DNA of 63,758 nucleotides, the filler included, from Kipferlia bialata (lineage: Eukaryota), in NCBI GenBank assembly GCA_003568945.1. It is 4 parts of 4 records of this genome, joined end to end, with 100 filler letters (N's around TTAATTAATTAA, not from the genome) between each part and the next. Parts side by side here need not be neighbours in the genome. Positions count along the whole stretch, not along the records: positions 38,663 to 57,863 come from BDIP01000438.1; 3 more parts are not named here. One strand, given 5' to 3'. The position numbers and the translations under genes are program-made. Positions 38,671 to 50,800 of the stretch are shown here, piece after piece. The stretch's first letter is position 1. Each line of letters opens with the position of its first letter. The notes below the pieces were generated by a model that was given only the letters and a program-made list of their open reading frames with translations, ran no database searches and was not told the origin of the DNA.

Positions 38671-39893
38671 TCAGTCATCTGCAAACCGGTTGAACAGCTG
38701 GGGGTCTAGCTCCACCAGTAGCGTCCTCTCTGTCTGCACCACCAGCATGGTGGTGGGGTTGAGTAGCCACATGCCCTCTATCCTCCCTGGGAAGGGTAGA
38801 GGCTTTGCTAACACTGCATCCCCAGAGACAGTGTCAACCATGTAGATGGACTGGCTGCCGAACTCGTTGTTGAAGATGCATATATATACACCCAAGTCCA
38901 CAGGCGTGTGACACACATACTCCGTGATACTATCTCCAAAGTGGGGCCCCCTGCTAACAATCAACCTTCGTGGAAGCCCTATCAGGTCATAATTACCAAC
39001 CTTCACTACTGGGGATACATCTCCGTCTACAGAGACAGAGACACCATACTTCGAAGTGAATGCGAAAAACCTGGTTCCATGGGACACTACTTGGACCACC
39101 CTAGTGTGCGCCGCAGGGTCCGTGCGGGTATTCTTGAAGAGACTATGAGGAAGTGCCACACGCTGCCAGGCCTGTGTGCTGAGGTCCAGAATCCACATGT
39201 CCTTCTTGAACCCTTGGAAACGCAGGCGGTCGTTAACCCATTCGACTGACTCAAACCCTCCAACGACAGCGATGTGGTTTTTGAGTGCGGCGGTCAGGAA
39301 ATAGCACCGAGGCTCAGGCCAGGGCGCTCCCTCTAGTGGTGTGAGGCTGTGAGTCTCGTTGGTGTCGGGGGAGATAACAACTACATTAAGATGTGTCAGG
39401 GAGACAGTCCTGTTTCCAAGGGAATACGGGTCCCATATCAATTCCGGAAAGAGAGCTACATGGACGTTGTTGACAGTTAAGAGAGCTGGCGGATCTATGG
39501 TGCTAGTGCCGCTTCCATCCAAGAGGACAGTAGGGTCTGATACATGGGCGGTGGTGGTATCCACTGTGTAGCTGAAGGTTAGTCTAATAACAGGGCATTG
39601 TAACAATATTGCACAGAGCAGTAACTGAGTGCAGCACTCACTAAGTAGTATGTGTACTTAGTAAGTACACATACTGTTGACCATTGAACAGTGTTGGAGT
39701 CCAGCCTGGACCGCAACTAACTACTTTGACTACCGTACCACATCACTTTGCCGTCACTCCATCTTCTCGCTCCAGCCAGAAGAGTGTTGTGACACAACGG
39801 GACAACGCCTGCCACACTTCCATCATCGGAAGCGAAGGACGGAGCTGGGCCGCAATAGGTAGCTTGGCGACAGGAGAGATACCACTGCATCAT
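38671..39893 (-). CDS. Kelch-type beta-propeller family protein, 2 exons
   Basis: Exon 1 MMQWYLSC...GKVM splices in frame (TG|C) to YTVDTTT at ~39572. WPEPRCYFLTAALKNHIAVVGGF..KDMWILDLSTQAWQRV is a kelch blade; tail MWLLNPTTMLVV..LLVELDP. Confidence 0.7.
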
Positions 39894-40468
39894 TGGTCCT
39901 AAGGCTATAGTTCCTAGGAGTGCACTCGGGTAGATTGTGAATGAGAGCCTCAGTACTGAAATACGCTCTTCGTACTGAATTCCAGTGTCGATACTGAAGG
40001 CTGTGGTAGACAGGTAGTGACTTTGGAGTTCAGGTTGGAGTGGAGCAGAGGACTGTCAAGCAGGTCACCTGCCAGGTGAACTGCGAACCTTTGTGACAAT
40101 CGATGGCGTAAATACAGATACCAAAGATACCCTCACATTGTATGTATATGTCACTGCATGAAAGTTTCATTGAAAGTTTCAATTTGAAACCTTCGCTGAT
40201 ATTCTCGTACTCTGTGATAGATGTTGACTGATCTGTTGACTGACATCTGAAGGCATATCGTTCTCTGATGGGATCGAGTCGTTTATGCCTTTCGAAGCTG
40301 ACTCTGACGCTCAGAATCTGATCACTATTCGATATCCTTGGCGAGACGTCCCAAAAACCCCGCCTTCAACACTCGACATGCAAACGAATTCATTGTCAAT
40401 GTTGGGCAATTATTTATATCATTGGGTACACTGAAGTAAACCATATACCCAACAGCACGTGGCTGTTT

Positions 40469-41279
40469 CTACTTGCGCTTCTTGGTCTGCCTTGTGACGT
40501 TCTGCTTCTGGTAGGCTGTGAAGTTGGATATCATGTAGTACATGGCCCCCACAAACTGCTCGGCATCCTCGCTCATCCCATACATGGCCACAACCATCTT
40601 CATCACCATCGCGTAGCTCCTGTCGGACCCGCCCAGGTTGAAGCCTGATGCCACGCTGTTGAAGGTGCTGGGGTGTAAGTGAGAGACACAGAACAAATGG
40701 TCCTGACCCTCCATAGACAGATATAGATAGTACACTAGTATGAGATCATATACGTACTCAAATATGACCTCTCCAAGCTCTGTGCCGACGTGCTCAGGGT
40801 CAATCTCTCCCTCCTCGGCAGCCAGGCGCTAGAGGTGAGGATAAATACTATCGATGCAAATACTGTAAGTGTCGGTATCCTTATACTGCACTCAATCAGT
40901 GACACTATGTATGTATACATGTACAACCACACTACCTCGTGCAGGCTGGTCAGGGATGCCTTGGCAGCATCGGGCACAGGCATGTCCATGGTGTCATCGT
41001 CATTCTCCTCGGCAATCTGGTAATGTGAGAGAGTGCAATACAGAGGAAGAGAGATGCAAGAGAGATCAAATGATGAGACTCTTGAAAACAAGAGCATAGG
41101 CAAAAACTACAAAAAGGGTTCATTCACGTTGGGTGTATCATATCTGAGAGGGTCTATTACTGCACCGCTGTTCTCATTCTCTGTGCACGTATTAGGATGT
41201 ATACATTGCCACACCAAGCACATACCTTTGCAGCGGACTTGTGAACCTTGACAACCTTCCTCCTGGGTCTTCTAGCCAT
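40469..41279 (-). CDS. Small hypothetical protein (~134 aa) with basic N- and C-termini; 4 exons
   Basis: MARRPRRKVVKVHKSAAK|IAEENDD..LHE|RLAAEE..EVIFD|TFNSVASG..RQTKKRK* joins in frame at canonical sites. Confidence 0.65.
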
Positions 41280-41654
41280 ATCTAGACTGTGCAAAGAAAG
41301 ATGGCAGGCTATCACCTGAGAGACAACCCTCATTTTTGTGCTATGAAAAGGGTGCAAAAACAAAATGTGCTCTGGTGGCAACCAACTGGCTCACCCGACC
41401 GAGTGCGATATGTGATGAACCAGTTATAGTTGTTGTCCACCTTTGGGACAACTGAACAAAACAACCACACAGTACTACATTTACACTTTCACACACACAC
41501 TTCATTAATGGCAACTACAGCTGTTGGCTTATGTACAGATATCTAGACCGGAAGAGACCATAGTCTCATGTTGCGCTACCCCTTAGTACTCTTAGTACCC
41601 TAAACGGGTCACTCCAATCGTCACTCTCTCTCTAGTAGTAATAGACTAGTACCC

Positions 41655-43427
41655 TTAGCCAAGGCCGTATATCTGTGTCTGCAGGGTGGCCTCTCTCACA
41701 CCCACGGTGATGATGAGAGAGTCCTCTGCGCCCTCCTGCATATGAGTGCGTAGCTATTATACATATGATACATACAATATATTGGGAGTGCACAGGTACA
41801 GATGGTATTGTACATATATACACTCATATATAGTATGTATGTACCTTGCGCCAGGGGCAGATGATGTATATGCCCTGCTCAAGGTCCCAAGTGCCACGGG
41901 ACTGTGGTCAGACGGAGAGAAAAACAGTTGACTACTAATGCAGTGTATACATGTATGGATACACACCTCCCCGTACGACCCCCCAGCCAGCAGGGTATGC
42001 TCTGGGAACTCCCCTATCCTCTCATGACTGTCTGCCTTGACAAGGCCAAAGCCGGGGGTGCCTGGAGTAAGTATCTCATATTCAGCATATATATATATAT
42101 AGTATATATTAGACCGGGGGTGCATGGGGTGGGTAAGACATATAGAGTGTATATATACAACACATATCTTGTATTAAGCCGGGGGTGCCTGGGGTAAGTG
42201 GGAGAGAATGTGTCATATATATGTAACCATATAGTAAAGAGAAACTCATAATGATTACAAGGCCAACACCTGGGGAGCCTCTGGTGTGTGTGATATTGCG
42301 TGACAGTCCAACTTAAGTAGTAATACCGTCCGTACCATACTCCTCGGTGCCTGTGAAGAGCAGCTCCACACACACCTTCTGGGTGGGCTCATCCACAGTG
42401 AAGGAGTACTGGGGGTGAGGTATTCACCCAAAGATGTATGTAGAGAGGTAAAGAGAGAGAGAGAGACTGGTCCACGGGGAAGGAGTACTGGGTGAGAGCG
42501 AGTTTCATATAAATATACTTGGAGAAAGAGATGCATGTCCGCGTAAAAGGAACTACTAGCTAGAGTGGAAGGTGAGTCCCATCCACACTACACTAGAGTA
42601 TGCATGTACCTGTGGGTTTGTGTCACAGGTCCAGGGGGCGGCACCAGCAGTACTGGAATGAGGGTATGCAGAAACTTGGACCAGGTAACCAGTAGACAGA
42701 GCAGTCAGAAATGGAATTAATAGTGCATGTATCCAGACATATAGAAAACGTCAATACCTGGCCTGGCATACTGCGGCTGCCCCGGGTGGCAGGGGTGTCA
42801 TCTCGAGGGGCATGCAGCACTTGGCCTGGGGGGTGAGGGGGCATATTCATAGAGAGAGGTATATAAAAGGGAGAGACCCAGGGTTAGCAGTGTATATGGG
42901 GTGAACAGTATGGTAGGACACCCACCTCCATGACGAGGGGCGTGCCCTTTGTCCTGCCCTGCACAGGCACAATGACATACCTACCCACACCAATGTGGAA
43001 GTCAACCTGGGTGTGGGATATATATATATGTACTAGAAATTTCAGAATGTAGTTCTCTGCTAAATGGCAAGATAGTATGTGCTACAGTGCAACATGCATA
43101 AATATATATACATATGCGTATAGTATTGTGGGAGGCCCTGTCGTATGCACATACCCACTGGGTCATCTCGGATGAGACAACGTGGTGCTCGGGCATGGCT
43201 GGGGTGAGACGGTGGAGGTGCATTAGCCAATATATATAAATATATATGTATATGTATATACCATGTAGGCTGTGTGGTGCTCGGGCATGGCTGGGGTCAG
43301 GATAGAAGAGCAGTGCATTTGCATATTTAGCCAATATAAATATATATATATATACACTGTACACTCACCGTCTGTGTTGGGGTTCAGGGCCACTGCTGCA
43401 TCCATGCGCCTCATGCTCCTGGGGGGT

Positions 43428-43475
<48 letters not shown>

Positions 43476-43870
43476 GGGCAGACAGAGAGACCCAGAGGTA
43501 TACACATGTCACAGTGTCAGTGCCAAAGAGGATGTGGGTGGTGAGTACTATGCGAAGTGGAGTGGATAAGATAGATGAGTGACAAGATTCGATATCAATC
43601 AGATTCACTAAATCCTACCTTCGTGTCCCGAGCATATGAGAGAGCAAACCCACACATATATATACATACATACATACATACCATAGCAACATATGTTTAT
43701 ACTGGATCCATATAGATCCAGGTATATACTACCTAAATCTGAACACTATATGCCAACTAGATGAACATACACTCACCCTCTTGTCCCTCAGTAGGTTAGG
43801 CAGCGTGCCCGTGCTCTGTTTAGAGGCACTGGAAGTACCCTTGCTCTCAGCCATATCAGCTACTGAAGAG
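41655..43870 (-). CDS. Hypothetical multi-exon protein, possibly with two calpain domain-III (C2-like) modules; start uncertain (may extend to ~44400)
   Basis: Exons encode VDFHIGVGRYVIVPVQG and WDLEQGIYIICPWRKEGAEDSLIITVGV, reminiscent of the GxYxIVP strand of calpain_III; TAA at 41657-41655. Confidence 0.45.
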
Positions 43871-44742
43871 GACACTCAGGAAAGGGGTACATACAGGTCA
43901 AGGGTACGATATCAAGTATCTCGAGTTGAGGGACGAATATCTGTTCTGGCACAAACGGTGAAAACAAGACGCGAGAATTGTGAGCCATCCATATACACTC
44001 ACCAACCCATGTACTCCCCCTCTGTAGGACCTAAAACAGTAACAAAGGTCATTAAGGACACGTTGGAGGTGGCTAGCATCCATAGACACCTGTAAAAAGC
44101 GGAAGAAACAAATGTCATATTTGAATCCGCGAGATTCATGCGCGAGATAAGCTAGACACTGCGAAATTTGTTATGGAGGCCGAAGATTTATCCTATACTG
44201 TGGTACAAGTAGGGTAGTAGAGCACTGGGTGCTGATCCAAGCTAAAAGGAGACATACATGAAACGCATGTATGGAGGGAAGGACGTGTTGTAGGGTGGTA
44301 CCGATATGAGATACGGAATGGCGTTTCCCGCGTCTGTTTTACTATTTCTGGGTGGCGATATTTGGTGGAATATGGACATGGCATGGTTATTAAGCCACAT
44401 ATAGAGCCTGTGGGCCCTAGTATACTGGCTATAAGTCGAATTTCTGGCTTAACGGCCCGTACTGGCGAGATATGTCTTCCGTGGGACAATTTCTGGAATG
44501 GTCAACACTGATGGTTGTGAGACGTTGCTTTAAGGTGCCTACCTGCAATCTCTTTATAGAACCCTAGGACACACAATATGTCCCTGTCATCATACCCCAA
44601 GGTACCTAAGACCACTGTGCTGCTGTTATGCAGTGTATGTGTGTGTGTATATGCCTGTTGCAACATGTAGAGTCTCAACAACCATATCGACTAAGATGTA
44701 CTGTATTTTCCAATGTTGATCTGCCTTTGTCAACCAACCCCA

Positions 44743-45960
44743 GGCCTACTCCATTAGTAGCGCCGCTGCGGCGGCCGCAACCTCAGTAGCAACCTCAGTG
44801 CAGCCCGAGAAGTACGTTACCGTGGATGGTAACACCGCTGCATCCAACGTCGCATACCAGGTAGAGTGTCAAAATGACCTCCATGTAGTCTCCTCTCTCC
44901 AGGGTCTAAATACTCTATAGACATTCTTAATGTGGTATATCCGGTGTCTGCACAGTGCGACAGGCGGCATATGCCCCCCCCCCCCTATGCAGTCTCCCCC
45001 CCTCTAGTCTCGGTATCCCTTCTCCCTTCAGGCTCGAATGTATCACGTGAACCGACGTCGGAATTGGTTAGGGGTCAACAACGGAGACTTACGGGTATGT
45101 GTGCCGTTATATATTCAAATATTATCCCCCCCCCCCCTCCTTCCCTCCTCTCCTTATACACCTCAGGATCATGCCATATACTGCTCGTGCTGCCCTGGGT
45201 TGGTGCACTCATTTGGGAACACATGCAACCCGGGTGTGTCTCTCATTGGTATCATAGAGGGAGGTATACACTACACTATATCGGTCTAACCCTGCAGGTA
45301 GCTACTGCTACAGACACTTCCAGTCTGACCAGTCTAGAAGGGCTAGGGGGCTGCCAGTGCTGAGGTGTGTTGCATAGGGAGCGATCTCTCCAGTATATTC
45401 CAATGTGTATTGTCACCCTACTTACTGAGTCTTGTGTTCTTCCCTCATGCCAGCCGTCCTATTCCCAAGTCCAGAGGCCAAAAGCCTATCACTTCAGGAA
45501 CCGAAGGTACCAATCTGGAACGGTTTCCGTATACAATACAATCTCTCTTCCTGAACTGTTCTCACTCATAGACCTGCACCCACCGACTGCTAAGAGATCT
45601 GCTCTAGAGGGTCACAGCCGCACCATAAGCAAAATGACGGTGGAGGTGTGTTGGTTATCACTGGAAGCCTCTTCCACGCATTGCCACATGGTCTTTCTTG
45701 ACCTCTCTCTCTCTCTCTCCCCTCCAGGTTTCCTTGGAGCAGGATGCGTCCCAGACCCAGTACATCAATGTCAGGCTGCCAGTGCACCAGATACTAGGGT
45801 TCCTATCAGCTCAGGTGGGTACCTAATTCTATGTATAGGGCGGGAATGGTAATCATCCGTGAAACCAATACTTTCAGGACTATTTGGCCATGTCTCACCC
45901 CAGACATCTGCTCCACCTCCAACCACTGTGAATGAAGGTATAGAACATCAGTTAATATAG
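44743..45960 (+). pseudogene. Probable decayed surface-type LRR gene
   Basis: Canonical splice sites and fragments such as SSLTSLEGLGGC and LPELFSLIDL, interrupted by stops and frameshifts. Confidence 0.3.
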
Positions 45961-46152
45961 TCTGAGTTGGTATCTCTGACATACGATCACATTCAATGTC
46001 TTTGCGGTCTATGTTTTCGGTCTCTACTTGTGGTAACACCAGGCCAACCCCTTTCCCATGCACAGTTTGTAGCGCTCGGACAGGTACGCGGTACTGGTTA
46101 ATCCTCTAGATGGATGAGGATAGCTTGTTGAGGAGGTATCCTATTTACATCA

Positions 46153-46683
46153 GGGGATAGCGGCCACTGTTGGGGGAGCTCTATCGTCTCCGGTATCCCT
46201 TCCATCCACCAGTATAGCAGGGGAGAGTGGCACCTGTAGAGAGACGTCTCACAGTTGCACAAGCCCTGCCCACTGTTCACACCCTCCCCCGATCAGGGTC
46301 TCAGAGGTATAGAATAGTCTATATATGTACTGCATCTCCCATCTGACCCCAGTCCCTATCGTCCCCTACCACTATCAGTAGTAGTAAGGGTGCAGGGGAG
46401 AGGGGCAGTGGCATGGGCCAGGCCACCCATGAGGCACATACCCATGAGGCACCCACCAGTGATGAGGAGAGAGAGAGTGTGCTGGAGGGCCTGGGTATGC
46501 CACGACCAGAGAGTGCAGGGGGGGAGGGGAGTGCTAGGCAGAGGCAGAGAGAGAGAGACATGCACCTGGAGCAGCGGGTGGGCATGGCTCTGCCCTCACA
46601 CAGTGTACCTATGAACAGAGACCTCTCCCCGGCCAGGAGATTCACAGAGGAGGGGTTCAGAATCATGACAGAGCATGAGCTAG
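46153..46683 (+). CDS. Two-exon low-complexity coding fragment, context unclear
   Basis: Open segments bounded by acceptor and donor sites (46153-46307, 46352-46683) with typical codon usage. Confidence 0.25.
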
Positions 46684-47812
46684 GTACAGGGTCTATTACA
46701 AACTTGCCATCCCTGGTGTATATACCTAGTATGATAGCACAATTGTAAATACTAATGGAAGGCATCAACAACGCCAATGCTGGCATGACCGATGACTGTC
46801 CGTTTGACTGTCAGTGCTGCTTCTGAGCGTTGTACTCTATGCTGCTGGGCAGTTGGATCTGTTACACATAGCCTCCATTTGGACAGGGCAGGGACATATA
46901 CCGGTCCCTCCCCTCAGGATGTCTATGCCACATTTCTGACTATGGGTGTTCTTCCATTCAGACCAATGGTCACTTCAGGATTCAGGAAGATACTAGGTAG
47001 CTCGTATTATCTCACAAGTTCGCCGTCTCTGTAGACATGTGGATTCACACTATCGCTATATATACACATCCTCTCACTGTCAGATCCAGTTTACACCGAA
47101 TCACAGGTGACAGTTGCTACTGTCGACTAATTGGTAGTGCACACATGAACCGATGAGGCTCAGATATGTATCAGCATGGCATACATGGTAAATGTCTGAT
47201 TACCGTCATTCGGTGTCCTCTAGGCATAATACCATGGCCAGACATGTCACTACTGGGGTAGTGAGGTGGGGGGGCGTGCAGGGTCGCTCCATGAGTGGCT
47301 CATGAAGTCATTACTCCCTGCTGGTGTCTGGTGGCGAGTCAAGGGTACTCTACACGCACATGTCTCTGTGGTTACGCGCATAATGCCAATTAGAGACCCT
47401 TTGCAATGTGTGGTTCACCAGCCGGGAGCTGCTACCACAGCTTGAAGCCGTCTGGAGGCTCCATCACAAGACCTCTTTACTCACACTCCCTAGACGTGAA
47501 GGGCATGCATATATTGAGTGAGTGTGTCATAATCGTCCCCTTAGAGTGTTTCCGCCGTGGTGTGTCATTCACTTTCAATGAGAGAGGTGATGACCCTTAC
47601 ATTGATGATACCCCACTGTGCTATGTGTTATATTGCACAGAACGAATATGGCAGAAGAGCAGAATATAGTATTCAGATGAGTGTTACATCTAACTGATAA
47701 CACCAAAGTCATTTATTGGCTCAAGAAGCTAAACAACCATATCAACACGTAAACGTCAAGACGTCGATGATGGCAACGAAGACGGGTGCTTGTCTTCCAT
47801 AAACCTGTCAGA

Positions 47813-50800
47813 ATGGCCGGCAACCCCGACCCCACCTCCCTATCACCCTCTTCAGTGGACGCCCTAGTGAGGCAGAATGCGGTGCTCACGACCACGGTGC
47901 TGGAGATGGTATGGTGCTGTGTGGCTAATTATAGCACCTGTCGCACTCTCATACATAACCAGGAAACAGTATGGTGTTATAGTCAGTCACCGAAGTATTC
48001 AGACTCTAATGTATAGGAGAGTATATGTAGTCCTTCTTCATCCCCCCCCCCCCCCCCCCCCCCCCCTCCTCCCCCCCCCCCCCCCCCCCCCCATCCCCCC
48101 CCCCCCCCCCCCCTACCCTGATCCTATTCTCTTTATACCTATACTGCCTCCTTATCCTCACCCTTCAGACGACCATGACGCATATGACCCCTTTAACTAT
48201 AGTATATATAGTACTAATACTCGGATGGTATACACAACTATATATACAGTTTCAGTTGTCCTCACCTTCAGACGACCACGAGGCCTATGACCCCTTCGAC
48301 GATGTGAGTGAGTGCCACACATCGGAGGTGGAGCTGTCATCGGACGAGGAGGGAGGTGAGGAAAGTTATATGTGATAACATATGTGTAGAGGATTGAGGT
48401 GGGGCAGGGTGTAATTGTACTTTAGAGTTTGTATCAGTGTATATATACATATCCTTCTCACCCCCAGTCCTGAGTGCCATCCAGTGCACCAGGTCCCATA
48501 CTCTCTCTCTCTCTCTCCCGCCCACTCACCCTCCAGTGCTAAGTGCCATCCAGTACACCAGGTCCCGACCCCCAGTGGTGAGACCCCCAGTCATCCCCAG
48601 TATCAGCCTCATCAAGGGGGGAGGTATGCGTAATGGGTATTCAAGTTTCTCCAAGTGCTCTCTTTCTCTCTCTCTCTCTCTAGATATATATATGTATATA
48701 CATATATCCCACCCCAGGTGTCTCCAAGCGCATCCTGGGCTCCAATGGCGTCATGGTCAGTGAGAGGACACTCGTGTCAAACAGAGAGTCATTCTGCACA
48801 GGTATATAGTTATATATACATGCTATGTGTACTCTATACTATATAGATATAGTACTATATGACACACTCGTGTCAAACAGAGAGTCATTCTGCACAGGTA
48901 TATCGTGTATATACATGCTATGTGTACTCTATACTATATAGATATAGTACTATAGTGCACACTCGTGTCAAACAGAGAGTCATTCTGCACAGGTATATAG
49001 TGATATATATATATATATATTTATGTATGTTGTATGATATACACTATGGTACGCACTCGTGTCAAACAGAGAGTCATTCTGCACAGGTACTATAGTGATG
49101 TATAGTAGAGATTGCATATTGTCTATATACTATATGGAGAGTACTATAGTGCACACTCGTGTCAAACAGAGAGTCATTCTGCAAATGTGGCCACTGAACA
49201 CACCATTTGACCTATGCTATGGCATGTTCTATCTTCTCAAAAATATGCCCCTAATAAACTGTGAATATTAGTATAAGTCTATGTCCCTCTGACCCCAGTG
49301 CTCAAGACGGGCAACATGACACAGCGCATGATGAACAGGTGGGATACACATATACAGATATTTTATATATAAATATATATATATACATATATATATATGG
49401 GAGTTCATATATATATGTATGAGTGTCTGTGCTTGGGAGTGTATGGATGTATCATGACACAACGGATGAACAGGTGTGACAGGGATGCGACCTTAACTTG
49501 GAAGATACCATTTGATTCATACAAAGGAGTTTTGTACATGTATATATATCATACTCTAACCCCCAGGGACCCTGCCCTGCAGGAGAGAATCAACGAGGCA
49601 GACGCAGCTGTTACTAAGCATCTCAAGAGGTGGGGTAAACATATATTCGAAGATGTATGTGTGTATGCTCTCACACCCAGACCCGTTGCCCAGAAGGACA
49701 CTGTGGACCATGTTTATAGATAGATACAGTAATGAATGTTTATATATATATATATATACATATATTTATTAACTAATACCAGGCCCGTTGCCCAGAAGGA
49801 CACCCAGGACCATGTGAGACATGCCGAGACAGACCCATCTGTGCCAGTGCCGGTGCTGCAGCCTAGGTATGATATAGTATGTGTATGTATATGTACAGTA
49901 TACAGTGTGTACTGTATAGTGTATTGTATATGCCGAGACAGACCCATCTGTGCCAGTGCCTGTGCTGCAGCCTAGGTAGTATGTATGTGTATATAGTACG
50001 TATATTATACTTATGCAGTATATAGTATAGTATATAGTGTATATTATATGCCGAGACAGACCCATCTGTGCCAGTGCCGGTGCTACAGCCAAGGTGGGTG
50101 TGGTATATATACATGGAGATGTATTAGTATGGGATATGAACACTTATCGTGTATATATATTGGTATATGTAGTTTACATGCATTACTTTGATGTTTACAA
50201 TATGTATTATATAGTGCATATTCCCTTACCCCGGAAAGAGCATCCTGCCTGCCACCATTCCCTACATACATAGTACATATATATGTGTATATGTATGTAT
50301 TTGAAGATTCATGTGCCCTCTATAATTCTCCTCTCACCCTCTAGGAAGAGCATCCTGCCTGCCACCATCCCCAACCCCTTCAGTGCTGCATCCCTATGTG
50401 TATTATTCATATATATATACAATGGAGTATATTCTTTTACCCTTACCCATAGGAAGAGCATCCTGCCTGCCACCATCCCCAACCCCTTCAGTGCTGCATT
50501 CAGTTCACTGCTAGAGGGGAGTGGGGGAGGGGGAGGGGGAGGGGGTAACACCACGGCTAGGGGACACACCGCAGATGGGGAGAGGTGCGTGTATGTATGT
50601 ATATGCATCGTGTCGTATTAGTGTACGTACCCAACATTCATATATACACTCTTCTCTCACTCCAGGCGTCGCAAGGGCAGGAGGACCTTCCTGTATTCAT
50701 TCTCTGTGTAGTACTACTCTTTTTTTTTCTCTCTGACTATATATATATTTATATATATACTACATACCCCCAGGCGTCGCAAGGGCCGGAGGACCAGGAA

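Noticed and set aside
41157..41381. Elf1-like zinc ribbon (MARRPRRK...CAWC)
   Set aside because: The cysteines lie after a GTATGT donor, i.e. in an intron; the spliced product has no zinc ribbon
43420..43473. Polyproline/polyglycine ORFs from G/C homopolymers (also 38522-38546, 48042-48113, 57977-58010)
   Set aside because: Intronic homopolymer tracts near acceptors, of unreliable length
48768..49183. CRISPR array
   Set aside because: The repeat is the end of a coding exon plus its GT donor, the spacers are related low-complexity intron sequence, there are no cas genes, and the context is eukaryotic
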